Position numbers and translations under genes: made by a program. Under the pieces are notes generated by a model, which was not told the origin of the DNA, did no database searches, and was given only the letters and a program-made list of their open reading frames with translations. A DNA stretch of 64,000 nucleotides from Octopus sinensis (Eukaryota), in the NCBI RefSeq assembly GCF_006345805.1, contig NC_042997.1:88536001-88600000 (forward strand), written 5' to 3'. Of the stretch, positions 12,798 to 26,450 are shown in pieces; the first letter of the stretch is position 1; every line of letters begins with the position of its first letter.

Positions 12798-13199
12798 AAC
12801 TAGATTCTGTAATATTAGGATTACATGATGTTACACTGGAACTGGGGTATATCATGTCAGTTGCAAGGTTTTAATATTACACAGGTTTATATATTGGCAA
12901 AACTGGTACAGCTTTCATTTTGAAATTGACTAGCTACAGGTGCATCTCAGAAAATTAGAATATGCAAAAATTTGATATTTGTTGTCAATTAAATTATAAT
13001 GTCTGTATTTCATTTGTTTTAGCTTCACTAAATCAAAACTGAGCTAAAACCCAGTATTTTGTTGATGTAAGCTAAAATTTATGGTTTCTATAAAGAGATC
13101 ATTAAAAATCCAATAATTAAAAATATTAGACTATTCAAACTATATTGTTAAAAATGGAGTAAATTGGTTAAAAACTGAAAAGTAGGGACAAGCTTTCAG

Positions 13200-13430
13200 T
13201 GCTTGGATGGAGCTCCATTGGCATCAATGACTTCTTGAATATGTAGTAACATAGAAGAAACTACATGTAACACTACTCAGGATGTGATAAGAGCCAGATG
13301 GTCTTGAATTGCTTTGTGCAAGAAATTCCAGAAAATGTAGATGTTATTAGATGTGTGAGGAACGACAACAACCTTGACTCCCATTCCAGATATAATCTCT
13401 TTTGTCTTATTTTTCATTGCTGCTTTCTAA
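13200..13430 (-). mobile_element. Possible Tc1 transposase C-terminal remnant
   Basis: Minus strand VVSSMLLHIQEVIDANGAPSKH resembles the Tc1 ending LVxSMPxRxxAVIxAxGGxTKY; heavily decayed. Confidence 0.3.
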
Positions 13431-14179
13431 TTAATGAATAGTAGGCCTGTGTAATCAGGAAAATTTTGCTTAATTGAACCTATTTCACACTTTATAATAA
13501 TTAGATCTTAATTAGACTTGTTTATGAATTTTATCATAACTTTAGATCAATTGAGTGAGGCAATTTAAAGTTAAACGCTTGGTAGGTGTACTAATGACTG
13601 TTTTTTTCAGTTTTTTGGCAAGGTCTATCATCTTTGAGTTTTCATTATTATATGTAGATCATTTAGTAACATATTACTGTTTATAATATTTCTTTGCTTT
13701 TAACTAACTAAATCATAATGTTTTCTTTCTGTGATTTTAGCTTGGTTTTAGTTAACTACAGTTGAGTTATTGACCTTGAATGATGTCACTACTGCTAATT
13801 AAACTAGTGTTATCAGTAAAGAGGATTGGCAACTATCTAGTTTTGTGTTGGTGCTCATGTGTCCATGCAAAGTTGATGATTAACTCTTTAAGAGACAAAG
13901 TTTGTGATACAGAATGTTAATAGTGTTTAGTTACTAGGATGAAGTATATGTGGGAAGCAGTGGTTAAAGCTTTAAGAGGTAAAATGATACTGTAGGTGAA
14001 TAGTGGTGGTGGTGGTGGTAGAGATGTAGACAATGTGAATAGTTGTCCTTGGTGATTAGGTTTAGCTGGTTGTCACTGGTAATAGTGATGTATTTTAAAG
14101 GTTGTAGTTCTAGTGGTAGAGTTATAATACTGTGATAGGGGCAGTAATGGTGTTTGATAGAAGCAGTAACTTGAGTCAG

Positions 14180-14390
14180 TAGCAATTGTCAGCCCTGCTC
14201 AAATACACCTAAGATCAAAGACATTTTTACTAAGACCATCTCATCTATTTTCTTATGTGCAGAAACACAGGACCACGTTATTCAAAGTCATTTTTCTTAA
14301 AAGATTATAGACTGTAATTTGAAGAAGTTTTGGCTGCTATTTCTAGCAGGTTAAACAATCATTTAAGGGCTGGTTTTCTTTGGTAATGAT
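14180..14390 (+). repeat. Short dispersed repeat family E (~200 bp)
   Basis: gtcagccctg..acctatgatcaaag.cattcc ... gatttggctgctatttctagcagg. Related pieces at ~440, 9200-9320, 21040-21150, 25335, 41683, 50640, 56204 and 56740. Confidence 0.6.
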
Positions 14391-15229
14391 CGCAGTTGGC
14401 CTAAAGTGAGAAGGTATAATAATTATCATTTGTTATAATAATAAGCTTATTACAAAGTCATGATGTATGTGAAAGCTGAAGTGGGTGTATATAATTATTA
14501 GCTGTTCCTATTTACACCTTACGGTCTATATTGTTTGTTGCTTTCTGTGATACAATATATTTCTTCTCAATATATTTCCATACATTATATTTCTAGTCAA
14601 CCCTTTTCTCTTTGTTGAGACTTTGTTTACACTTCTGAAGATGTCTTTCTTTTGTATTTCTGGACCTAATATACTACTCTTGCTGCTGCTGCTATCAATA
14701 ACAACCACACTGATCATGATGATGTTGACAGCATTTGGCATCTTCATTGTTTTTATGTTCACTTTTCTATACTTGCATGGATCAGACAGATTTCTTTGAG
14801 GCAGATTTTCTATGGCTGAATGCCATTCTTGTCACCAACCTTCACCTGTTTTTTATGGAAGATTAGACACCAATGACATCACTTATATGATGGTGACGCT
14901 CATTTACAACTGTCAAGTGATGTCAAAAACAAGGCAGTTGTTTTTTTTTGGTTTTCCAAAGGTCTTGGGCCTAAAGTCATCCAAAACTTACCAGTTAGTT
15001 CCTTCTCAACAATGTTATCACTCTCCCCACCATAGTTCTCTATAAATTACTAATACAGAAGTTTCACAAACTTTATTGCTTGACTTGTAAAGAGATGTGA
15101 GTGTCTAGCAGCATTTCAATTATTAGGCACACTGTTTTAGTCTTTACTTGACCCATTTCAGTCAAAGAGATAAGTTCTGGCATAGAAAGATATGTCTGAT
15201 ATAGAATAATCGTACCTGTTTACTATTGA

Positions 15230-15650
15230 AGAATCATTTTAGATGCTCCAGTCTCAATGCATGTCTACAGATCAAGAGCCATAGTATGCCAAGCCTTCTA
15301 TATGGAAGGTGTCAGCACCAGATGGACTACTTAATTAGTAAAATGCATTCCTTCCACAAGAAGTGGAACAACAGACATTCCACTTTGGGCAGGCAAAAGC
15401 TGAAGCAAGTTGTGATGGCCAGACAGTAAATTATAATGGCAATATTTGCATTAACCACCTTTCAGAGATAGGTTGACCTCTATGCTTGTAATCTCATCCA
15501 TGTACTTAAGTACCTGATGGTATGGGCCAAACCAGAGTTAAACATCTGACAATGCTATTCAAAGATTTGATTGATTCAAGTTTATTAAAACCTTACTGAA
15601 GCTAGGTCTGGCTGTGGTATTACATGAAGTGAGGATTGTTATGGCCAGAT
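15230..15650 (+). mobile_element. Very old RTE-like LINE C-terminal remnant
   Basis: PSLLYG..KMHSFHKK resembles RTE PxLLYGxETW..LxxFHxRCL; many disruptions. Confidence 0.3.
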
Positions 15651-16977
15651 CTTCACAGGATTGCATAGGTCTGTGCTTTTCCAACTACCAACAAGCACCA
15701 ACCTCTTTGCTAACATCTTCACCCCTCTCTTACAGAACTGGGAATTCTCTTATGCAAGTTGCAGTAGACATGTGCCTAGATATTGCCAAAAATCTCTGGC
15801 ACATATACATAAAACCAATAGGACAGACCATCCACACCAAGGGATTTTCTTCCTGTACAATCACTCAACAATGCTACCTGTGTCTCAGTTGGTGTTATTG
15901 CCCTTTTTGCAGCACTCAGCCTCTCCAACCAAGAACCACCACAACCCATTGAGGAAGCATTAAAACCCACTACCATCACATATCCACCACTCACCCTCAA
16001 AAATTTAGCAAAGTTTCATTGGAAAGCTACATACATCTATTTGGAATTGAGTAACACTTGCTTATCCTGGACTAATAATAATAATAATAATAATATTGTT
16101 TTATTGGCCAGAGCATGTACATGCAATATAAAACTACCATACAAAAGGGGTTACAAAGCACAGAGGGATGATGTTCATCTTGGTCTTCTGCTATTGTATC
16201 TGCTACTAACTTTTCTTCTTTTTTTCTCTCTTTTTCTATCCAGAAGATACATGTTGGCTTTTACTACAACACCTGTAGTACCCACCTCCAAAAGCATATA
16301 AAATCTCCTATTGTTATGCAAAATCCTGTCTTGGATAAATTCTTTTTGCAAGAAGGTACTATTTTTCACAATATGAGCCCTCTATACTTTTACTTCTTTC
16401 CTTGAGCTGGCTTTGCTGAGTTCTTTGTGAGACACATTTGCAAAAGATGAATTGTTGCTGCTGTCATTGCTGGCTGTACTGTGATTATTGTTTTTGCCAT
16501 ATAATTTAACGTTTTCAAAACTGTTCTTTTGTTGTGCAACAGTGTTTATACTTGAAACTCTGTTTAATTTTCACATTGTCTTGTTTTTAGGTAGTTTTTA
16601 TGTCTGTTTCTTCCATGCTAACATGAATTAGACAAATATTTATTGAGGTTTTGTTTTACAATCAGATACCTATTTCCTATCACCAACCATATGGAATTTC
16701 ATATCCCCGCATGTGTTGTTTAGGTTTTGTTTCACTTTAATCCCATATTTTGACTCAAGAGACCAACAATTTATTGTGGTGGATGGAGGAAAAAGTGGTA
16801 GTGGCTGTTTTTATTTTGTTTGTTTATTATTATTTTTATTTTTAAAACTCACTCTTTGCCATTGCTGCCACCACTGTTACTGTCTCAGCGACAGCAGTAG
16901 CAGCTTAGCTCTTCTGCATTATATTTTGGCGTTGGGGGACTGATGTTTCATTGAAGCTACAGTAAATTCAATTATTG

Positions 16978-17017
<40 letters not shown>

Positions 17018-17117
17018 TGTTTGTATGTATTTATGTATGTATGTGTGGTTAAAAAGTTTGCTTTCCAGTCACATAGCCCCAGGTTGATCAATGCCTTGTA
17101 AGTTGATTTGGTTGTCA

Positions 17118-18343
17118 ATCCTGAAACTTTTGGGGAAGAGGCTAGTTGGTTACTCAACCCCAGTGTGCAACTAGTACTTATTTTATTGACTCTGAAAACT
17201 AGAAGAGATGTCACTTAGCATTTTGTCTGGCCCAGTGACAATTCTGCTAGCTCACTAACTTAATAGTGATAATAATTTTTTTCCTAATTTTGGCTCAAGG
17301 CCAGCAATTTAAGGGAAGGAGTAAGTCAATTAAATTGACCCCAGTGCTCAAATGGTAATTATTTTATTGATTCCAAAAGAATGAAAGACAAAGTTGACCT
17401 CAGTAGAATTTGAACTCAGAACATAAAGCCAGAAGAAATGCCACTTAACATTTTGCCTGGCACAGTAGCAATTCTGCCAGCTTAATGATACTAATCCTTT
17501 CTATAATAGGCACAAGGCTTGAAATTTTGGGAGAGGGAGACAGTCAATTATATCGACCCCCAGTACTTGACTGGTACTTATTTTATCGACCCAGAAAGAA
17601 TAAAAGGCTAAGTTGATTTTAGTGGCATTCAAACTCAGAATGTAAAGAGAGACAAAATGCTGCTAAGCATTTTGGCCAGCATGCTAACAATTCTGCCAAC
17701 TCACTGCCTTAATAGTGATAATAATACTAATGATAATGTTACTTTCTAATTTAGTTACAAAGCCAGAGCATTTTAGAGAAGATGTTAGTTGATACCATAG
17801 ACCCTGATACTTGACTAGTACTTTAATAATAAATGATTTCCTATGTACACATTGTAAGGGAGACTGTAACTGATTGTTTCAAACTTAGTACTTGATTAGT
17901 GTTTATTTAACCAACTTCTAATTGGAACTTGTCTCTGAATAGTAGGACAATGGTTTTAAAAATTAACATACAGGCATGTATGAGTTATAAGAAGCTTCCA
18001 TCCTAACCGCATGGGTCCAGATTCAATTCTACAGTGGCACTTGGGACAAGTGTCTTCTACTATAACCTCAGCCAACCAAAGCCTTGTGAGTGATTTTGGT
18101 AAATGGCAATTGAAAGAAGCTCTCTCTCTCTCTTTCTCTCTCTCTCTCTATACACACATACATACATACATACATATATATATATACACATACACATACA
18201 CTCTCGGAGTGGTTGGCATTAGGAAGGGCATCCAGCTGTAGAAACTCTGCCAGTTCAGACTGGAGTCTGGTTTGCCAGCCCTCAGTCAAATCATCCAACC
18301 CATGCTAGCATGGAAAGCGGACGTTAAACGATGATGATGATTC

Positions 18344-18376
<33 letters not shown>

Positions 18377-18560
18377 CATACATACATGCATACACACACT
18401 CATCTATATATATATATATGTTTCAAATTTTGGCACAAGGCAAGTTTGGAACAGGGTATAAGTCGATTACATCGCCCCCTGTACTCAACTGGAACTTATT
18501 TTATCAACCCCAAAAGGATGAAAGGCAAAGTTGGCCTTGGTGAAATTTGAACTCAAGGTA
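17118..18560 (-). mobile_element. Cluster of SINE B copies, all on the minus strand
   Basis: Copies at ~17118-17262, 17280-17485, 17492-17712, tail pieces at 17740-17930, and 18420-18560. Several are separated by (TAA)n spacers. Confidence 0.8.
17975..18337 (+). mobile_element. SINE A head followed by an RTE-type tail
   Basis: Head caggcatgtatgag..ggcacttgggacaagtgtcttctactata..aaagccttgtgagtg. After a microsatellite comes ggttggcattaggaagggcatccagc..gcggacgttaaacgatgatg. Confidence 0.7.
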
Positions 18561-19319
18561 GTGTCCCAGCGTGTCCACAGTCCAGTGACTGAAACAAATG
18601 AAATATAAATGGTAAAAGTATTTATTTGATTAGAATGTTTATGATGGACAATATTGTTTAGTTTACTGCTTGACAATCCAAGTTTGCTCTGGCTGTAAGT
18701 AAAAAAAGATAATATTTTGAGCCGTGTTGACAGATAGCAGACTGGTTTATATTATAGGCTATCTTTTAACAGATAAGTTGATGACAAAAGAGTTTTTCTT
18801 TGTATGAATAGCAACTTTGAAGATGCTCATGTTAGGAGTGTGATGTGATATAAACTAGCAAAGGAATACATAAGAGATGCAGTGCCTAGAAAGGAATACA
18901 CAGCTTGTAGTCTGATGGATGTGCAAAAATGATCTTTTAGAAATAGGTGAATCAAAACAAAGTCATGAAATGATAGGACATGTAGGGCATCAGTTGAGAT
19001 TTGCAAAGAAAATTAACTTGTGAATGTGTAATACATATGAGTGATTGATATTTAGTGAATAGGTGTTGTGGGTTAATATTATAGAAAGTGTAAAGACAGA
19101 TAAAATGAGACCAAGAATGAAATAGGTAATTTATAAAATGAAATGTAGGATCCATCCAAGGAAACAAACAGTGTGCATTAACTGCAAATTTCCACTTCCT
19201 CACAAAATATTTTACCATGTTTCTCAATAATGGGGCATTCCTGCTTCAAAATGCTTAGAAAGTTGCTTTATTTCCTACATGGCCAACCTGCACAGCTGCA
19301 GAAGAACAGTGACGATAGT

Positions 19320-20364
19320 TTTGGTAATCATTATTATACTTAACAGTCTTAGTTCAAATTCTGCTGAGATCGACTTTGCCTTTCATCCTTTCAGGGTCGA
19401 TGAAATAAGTACCAGTTACACACTGGGCTTCATGCAATTGACTAACCCACTCCCCCTAAGTTTCAGGCCTTGTGCCTGTAGTAGAAAGGATTGTTATCAT
19501 TAAGTTGGTGAGTTGGCAGAATTGTCAACACATGAGACAAAATGTTTAGCTGCATTTCTTCTGGTTTTTTACATTCTAAGTTCAAATCTCACTGAGTTCA
19601 ACTTTGCATTTCATCCTAATGGAGCCAATAAAAGTAAGTACCAATTGAGCGCTGGGGTTGATGCAATCAACTTGTCACCTCCCCTAAAATTTCTGGCCTT
19701 GTGCCAAAATCTGAGACCATAATTATTATTATCATTATTATTGTTTTTTTTACTATCTCTGCCTTAGTGAAGTTAGAGGTATTGTTTTCAGTCATGTTTG
19801 TTTGTTTGTCCATGGACAAGATATCTCAAGAACCGCTTAATGGATTTGGATGAAACTTTCAGGGATGTTTGGCCTTGTGACTGGCATGAACTGATTAGAA
19901 TTTGGAATTGATCCAGTACCGGACAAGTATTTTGGATTATTTTTCCTGCTTTTTTTACTTAATTTTTGAGAGCTTTCAGATTCATTTTTAGTATTCTCGT
20001 TTGTGAGAGCAGTCAAGTTTATTTCAGATATTCCGATTTTAAAATTCATCTCCAGCTAATTGTTGAGAGGACATTGGTGTTGCCTTGGTGGAGGTTTGTG
20101 CTCTTGTTTTTATTATTATTATTAAGGCGACAAGCTGGCAGAAACATTAGCATGCTAGGTAAAATGCTTTGTGGTATTTCGTCTGTCTTTATCTTTTGAG
20201 CTCAAATTCCGCCAAGGTCAGCTTTACCTTTCATCCTTTTGGCGTCAGTAAAATAAGTACCAGTTGCATACTGGGGTCAATGTAATTGACTATCCCCCTC
20301 CCATCTCCCCCCACCAAAATTTCAGGCCTTGTGCCTATTGTAGAAAGTATTATTATTATTATTA

Positions 20365-20398
<34 letters not shown>

Positions 20399-20765
20399 CA
20401 TCATTATTAAGGTGGTGAGCTGGCAGAAATGTTAGCACCCCAGGCAAAATGCTTAATGGCATTTTGTCTGTCTTTATGTTCTGAGTTCAAATTTCAGTGA
20501 GGTCAACTTTGCTTTTCATCCCTTTAGGGGTTGATAAAATAAGTACCAGTTAATCAATGGGGTTAATGTAACCAACTTGCTCCTCACCTGAAATTGCTGA
20601 CCTTGTGCCAAAATTTGAAATATCATCATCATCGTCATCACTATTATTATTAAGGTATTATTATTAATAAAATATAAAATAAAGTACCAGTCAAGTGTTG
20701 GAGTCCATGGTATCGGCTTGCTCCATCCTCTAAAATTGCTGGTCTTTTACCTAAATTAGAAACCT
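19320..20765 (+). mobile_element. Cluster of SINE B copies, all on the plus strand
   Basis: Copies at ~19320-19500, 19502-19725, 20122-20350 and 20408-20620, and a tail at 20645-20765; joined by (TAT)n tracts. Confidence 0.85.
19754..20104 (+). mobile_element. Helentron-associated (HINE/DINE-1-like) non-autonomous element
   Basis: Starts tatctctgccttag..gagg.tattgttttc with a (gttt)n tract and a gatatctcaagaacc..tggatgaaactt core. Ends gccttggtggaggtttgtgctct, complementary to the start; inserted in T-rich DNA. Confidence 0.65.
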
Positions 20766-22371
20766 TTATTATTATTATGGCAATGGCGATGATGATGACA
20801 ATGATGGTGGCAGCAACAATGACGACAATCTTATGTGGAATTTCTCAGAAATATTTTAGCTGCAAAAAGGAAAGGAGTGACTTAACTGGTGAAGTTCTGT
20901 GATGCTAATAATCTTGTCACTAGTGAAGTTAAGTGTCCAAATGAGTAAACTGACCTCAGTTGTTAATTACTTTGGTGGCTAGATAATTAGATAATATCAA
21001 GAAGTTAAAGAGAAGGACTCTATGCAGTTATTTTATCTGCTAGAAGTAGCAATCAGATCTTTCTCAAATCACACCCCACCATTGTAAAATAGAAGGAATG
21101 TTGGATAATATAGCCCTCATTGATACTCTATATCTGAAATTGATGGGATGGTCCAAGAGATTTACCTGTGACAGATTGCTCTTCTGATTTTGCAAATCCA
21201 CTGCCTTTTGTAAGTTGGAGGGTGTCTCTGACAATAACAGTGATGTTAATGATGGTCGTGTTGGAGTTTAATTATACTTGTGTATGACAATGAGGAACAT
21301 TGTGTCTGACCAAAATCTTGTAGTCATATTAATTAGGAATGTAAACTGTTTGAAAACACTACTGCACACTTACTCAGTTTTCCTGTTATTTCCTTTCTGA
21401 CATCTTAAATAATTGATAATTTGACCTTGTTTTGTTTCCCTTCCCCTCCATGTCACGTGACTTTGTGACTTCATTAGCACTATGTCCTTTCATCATGACC
21501 TCCTTGTTGAACAATTTCTCGACACATTTAGAGGTAGTAGAAAAGGAGGGGGCAAGGGCAGTGGTAATAATGGTGATTGTTTCAGAAGCTGGTGGGGATA
21601 GTAGTAATTGGAGTTCTTGGGATAATTAAGTTATGTAGTTGGTTGGGAGGTTGATTGTGGTGATGGGGTGTTAGTTGGATTGGTGTTGTTGTTGATGGTG
21701 ATGGTTTTGGTGGTGATGGGGTTGATAGTTGTAAAACTTAATAACAATAGTAGTAGACTGTAAGACTTAATAATGGTAGTAGTTGCTATTGTTGTAGTAA
21801 TAGTAGCAACTGTAGTAGGGTTAGTAGTTGAATGGGTTTTGGCAGTAGCTGCAAGAACAATTGTGTAGGTGTTAAGATCACCATTTTGCTGGCTTCAGGT
21901 CACTGTTAGAAGAATTACACAACACTTAAAGTAACATTGCAAGAGATGTCTAACCTTCTTGACTCCCTCATCCATCTAAGAGGCATATTTTTTTTTCCTT
22001 CCTAGAAATATCATTTAAATGTTTCTACTATATTTACTCATATATAATGGGAGAAATTTAATTCAAAACATCAGGGATAGCATTATACTCAGGGGTAAAA
22101 ATAAGCTAAGTGGATAAAAAATATGTTACTGAATTTTTTAGATAAATAAAAATAAAAAATGATCATGGGGTAAGATTGTATTTGAGATTGCATTGTACTT
22201 GGATAAATGCAGTATTTCTTTTTGCTATGTAACTTTTAATAGAATGTCCGATCACTATTATTAGTGTGGTATTAGTTACACTCTTTTTACGTCATGAATT
22301 AAAACCCTACTGAGTTGGTGTTTTGACTTTCAACCTTCTGGGGTTGTTAAAATAAGTACCAGTCAACATAG

Positions 22372-22526
22372 ATATGGCTGTTCAGTTGAGAAGTTTGCTT
22401 AACGGTCATGTGATTTTGTGTTCAGCCTCACTGGGCACCACCTTTGGATAAGTGCCTTCTACTATAGCTCTAGGTCAATCAAAGCCTTGTGAGCAAATTT
22501 GGTAGACAGACTGAAAGAAGCCCATT

Positions 22527-22587
<61 letters not shown>

Positions 22588-22760
22588 AGCATGCATACAC
22601 ACACATACACACACATGTATTAAGTGTATGCATGAGAGTGTATGTTCATTCTCTTTACATTGACCACTTGTGCTGTTTGTATTCAAAGTACTAGGGGAAA
22701 TATTATCTTAGAAACACAAGATAAGGATCAGCATCAGGAAGAGCATTCATTCATAGAAAA
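22372..22760 (+). mobile_element. SINE A-headed element with central (GT)n
   Basis: Head atggctgttcagttgagaag..aagtgccttctactatagc..aaagccttgtgag..gaaagaagccc; pure (GT)n at ~22528-22586. Confidence 0.7.
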
Positions 22761-22961
22761 TAAATAAATTGGCCTTGGTTCTATGATACAAACACTCTGT
22801 TTTAAAAAGATTATAATTTAAAACTTACTTCAAAACTTCATATTAATTTATATTTCAAGCATTGGCTTAAAACAACAATTTTTTTTTATTATTTTCAAAA
22901 CTAATTGAAACAAAGACTGCAAAATTCAACAAAAGGGTTAATGGGTGAGATATCCAGCTCT

Positions 22962-23185
22962 TTAACCCTTTAGCATTCAGATTACTCTGTCAAATGTAAT
23001 GCATGTTCACATTGTTTTGAATTATCATGCATTATCTTGTAGCTCTCAGATTTCAATGATATGATTGTTTATTTTAAGAACAACACTGTAGAGTAGGTGT
23101 GAGAGGCCAGATCTGACTGGATTGAATATAAAGTAGATAGAATGTTTGGACCATATGTTAGCTGGTATAAATGCGAAAGGCTTAA
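22962..23185. mobile_element. piggyBac-like MITE (second family)
   Basis: TTAA-ccctttagcatt ... aatgcgaaaggc-TTAA; a second copy lies at ~55238-55490. Confidence 0.75.
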
Positions 23186-23639
23186 CTGCTCTCTGTCAGT
23201 TTCCATTTATATATTTTGAGGATTCACTTCAGAAATCAAGTTATATCACTGAGCGCACATATGTTTGAGTGTGTGTCAGTGTTTCTGCATGCATTTTTAG
23301 CATTTAATATGTATTGTATGTGAAGTATATATTTTTGAGAACCATGTGCAAAAAAGAAGTGAAATTATGGTTTTTTTTTTCATTGTATTCTAGTAAAGGT
23401 GAATGTTGTTGCATACCCTGATGAAGCTCACCAAAAATCAAAGGCTTTCCAATTGTACCACCTCATCTAAGACTACATCATCTAATGTTTCTTCTCTATT
23501 TTTTAAAGTAGTAGAGTGTGATACAAGGGATTATTTCTTAACACTTTTATTAACCTTGTAGAGAACCCTTGTTGACTCATCAAGGTGGTAGAATCGTGTG
23601 TCTTACAAATTACCTTGCAATATTTATGTACATCTATCT

Positions 23640-23985
23640 GCACAAGGCCAGCAATTTTAGGGGAGTGGGATTAATTGATCACATCAACCCCATTACTTGA
23701 CTAGTACTTTATCAACACTGAAAGGATGAAAGGAAAAGTTGACTGCTAGTTGAACTCAATGGGATTTGACTCTGAATGTAAAGAGTTGAAAGAAAAACTG
23801 CTATGCGTTTTGTCCAATAAACTAACAATTCTACCAGCTCACTACCAATAATAATAATAATAATAATCCTTTCTACTGTAGGCACAAGGCCTGGAATTTG
23901 TGGGGAGAGACATAGTTGATTATATTGACTCCAGTACTTAACTGGTTCTTAATTTAACAACCCCAAAAGGATGAAAGGCAAAGTT
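23640..23985 (-). mobile_element. Two tandem SINE B copies
   Basis: Reverse-complement SINE B bodies separated by (AAT)n at ~23848-23866. Confidence 0.75.
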
Positions 23986-25399
23986 GTATGTTATTCTTAT
24001 GTTCAAATGTGTGATTGGTTATTATTGTGTGCTGTATATTGTGGTAATATGTGTGAATGTCTTTGTAATGTGTGCATGTGTATGTACATATATACATATA
24101 CATGCATGTGCTTGCTATAAAAAACATGTCATATTGTCTGTCTCATTCAATATTCTGGCACAGGTCATATAACAATAATTATGTTTCATATATATAATAT
24201 CTCTCATGCTATTATAATGTATTTATGTTATTACTATGTTGTTCTAACATTATTGTAATATTTATATAATATAGAGACAGGCAGACTGGTTAAAGAGATG
24301 GTATTGTGTTAGAGAGAGGCTGCCAATGAACTCATTTAAGTGAATAGGAACAGATGTAAAAGTGATGATTCAAGCAATTTGTTATATAATATCTCCTCTT
24401 CCTTCCCCCACATTTCCTCTTTCCTTCTTGCCTCCCTTTCTCCATCATTGCCTCTCTTCTTTCCACCTTCCTCCTTTACTTCTCATTTAGTATTTTGATA
24501 TATAATTTTACTTGACACAACAAACGTTTATGTCTTCATATCAGGCATATTTCTAAACAATTCAGTCTAACTGTGGTGGGGTGATATCACACCACCAAGT
24601 AAAGGCAAACTTCTGAAGAATTGAGGCTATGACCTGATTTTGTTACCCAATTTTCCCTTTTTATTATTAATCAGTCTTGAAGAGAGAAAACATAACATCA
24701 ATAGCTATTTTTTTTTTCTTTGGGTTTTCCTCTGTTGGAGGATTACATTGGCTGAATGAGAGTGATATAAAGTTTATATCTGAGTTTAATTTCTAGATAT
24801 ATATTAAATTTATGTGGATGGAGGGAATAGGAAGTAGGAGATTTATGCTTTTCCAAAAGAGTATTAGTTATGTTTATTGGAAAAGAATCAGGACTAGTTT
24901 ATAGATTTACTTTCCTAGGAGCTTGATGCTACACTAAGCATGAATGTTATTTACTTCTTATTAAATCCTTTTCTCCGATTTCTAATGGCATGCCTTTGGA
25001 GAGGTTTGTAATGTAAAATAGTTCTGTTGATATAAGTATCTAAAATACTTGCAAATATGTCAAATTAATGAATCTACTCTGTGAATATATGTTTAATGGT
25101 TCAATCTTGATTTATTGGTGACATTTGGTGGTGTTATATCTGTGTCATCTATATGAGTTTCAGATTTTACACTAGTATAAGTTTCATTAGCTTCTCCAAT
25201 TCAAACTAAAGCAGATGTGGTACTGATAAAGATTGGAGTGGTTAAGGTTATATTATGCCTGATTAAACATAGTATAGTATTTACTACGTTCTTCATTGGT
25301 TGATAAAATAATTACCAATTGTTGCATCACTCTAGGTTAGCTCTGCTCAAGCAAACCTATGATCAAAGGGAAAGTATTTTTTGCATTACATGATCCAAT

Positions 25400-26040
25400 T
25401 TTCATCTTCACCTTTTTTTTTAAAGAAGATTGAATGTGATATGTGTAAGGCTGAGCTACTATTTCTAGTTTACCAAGTAACTCATGACCAGTAATATGCT
25501 GATTTTTTTCATTTTGTTGTAACTCAAATCTGTTTCTAACTACTATAGTGTGTTGATTGCAGATTTCTCTGTTGTTGGTGAAAACTGACTGGTCATATGT
25601 GGGTCTAGAGGCTGATTTAGTTTTGTTAGCTCTAAAGCTAAGGCAAAATTTTGATGTGACAATTTTGTGGTTGCTGCCCACTCCTGCAAAAGTATTGTAA
25701 GACTGTTTAAGGTACTATTCACCCATTTCTTGTTGATTAGTATGTAGTCTAGTTGGGCATTCGAGCCATTGGCATAGGTAGAAGTATATAGTTTGGGGGT
25801 TTTATTTTGGAATTTGGCATTCAGATATACTGATTTTCAAGAATAAATTCAATTAGATATTGGCCATTTCTGTTTGTGGTTGTGCATACAATAATTTTGT
25901 AACATCCAACACAAAAGTTGTAAAGGAGATCATAACCATAAAGCTGAGAACTAATAAATGTCTCCCCTAGGATGACCGAGAGATAATACACTAGAGAAAA
26001 CACCTCAATGAAGTGGCTCAAGCTAAAATTATACATTCAA
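25400..26040 (-). mobile_element. RTE-type LINE endonuclease (APE) region
   Basis: TTNRNGQYLIEF, AQLDYILINKKW, GSNHKIV, YDQSVF and VRNRFEL on the minus strand. Confidence 0.75.
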
Positions 26041-26059
26041 GGCCCTCAGATGAAGCCAT

Positions 26060-26450
26060 TTTCAGAAAGAACTAGTAGGCTACAATCTAAAGCTACATTT
26101 AAAGAAAAATAAATCAAATTTAACACTCTGCTGCAAACAAGCAGACATCACTAGCCTAACAGACAGCAAATGAAATGAGCAGATGCAAAAACTCCAAGTC
26201 AAAAATTAATGCTAAAAATCACAGGATTGCTTAGAGAAGTGGAAGGATCATTTTCAAAATTTGCTTGAGAATATACCATCCATCTGATTTTGATGTAACA
26301 TCAATAATTGACGCAAAAATTGACGCATTGCTGCAAAAATTTATAATTCACTCCTAGTCAACAGGATACACCATGAAATTGAGTAAGTTTTGAGAAGAAA
26401 TCAAAATGGCATTAGAGAAAATAGATCAGTTGTCAGACATATACTTACAG
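26060..26450 (+). mobile_element. RTE-type LINE endonuclease-RT linker region
   Basis: KINQI.HSAANKQTSLA.QTANEMS..SKINA and EKWKDHFQNLL, which normally follow the VRNRF block. Confidence 0.6.
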
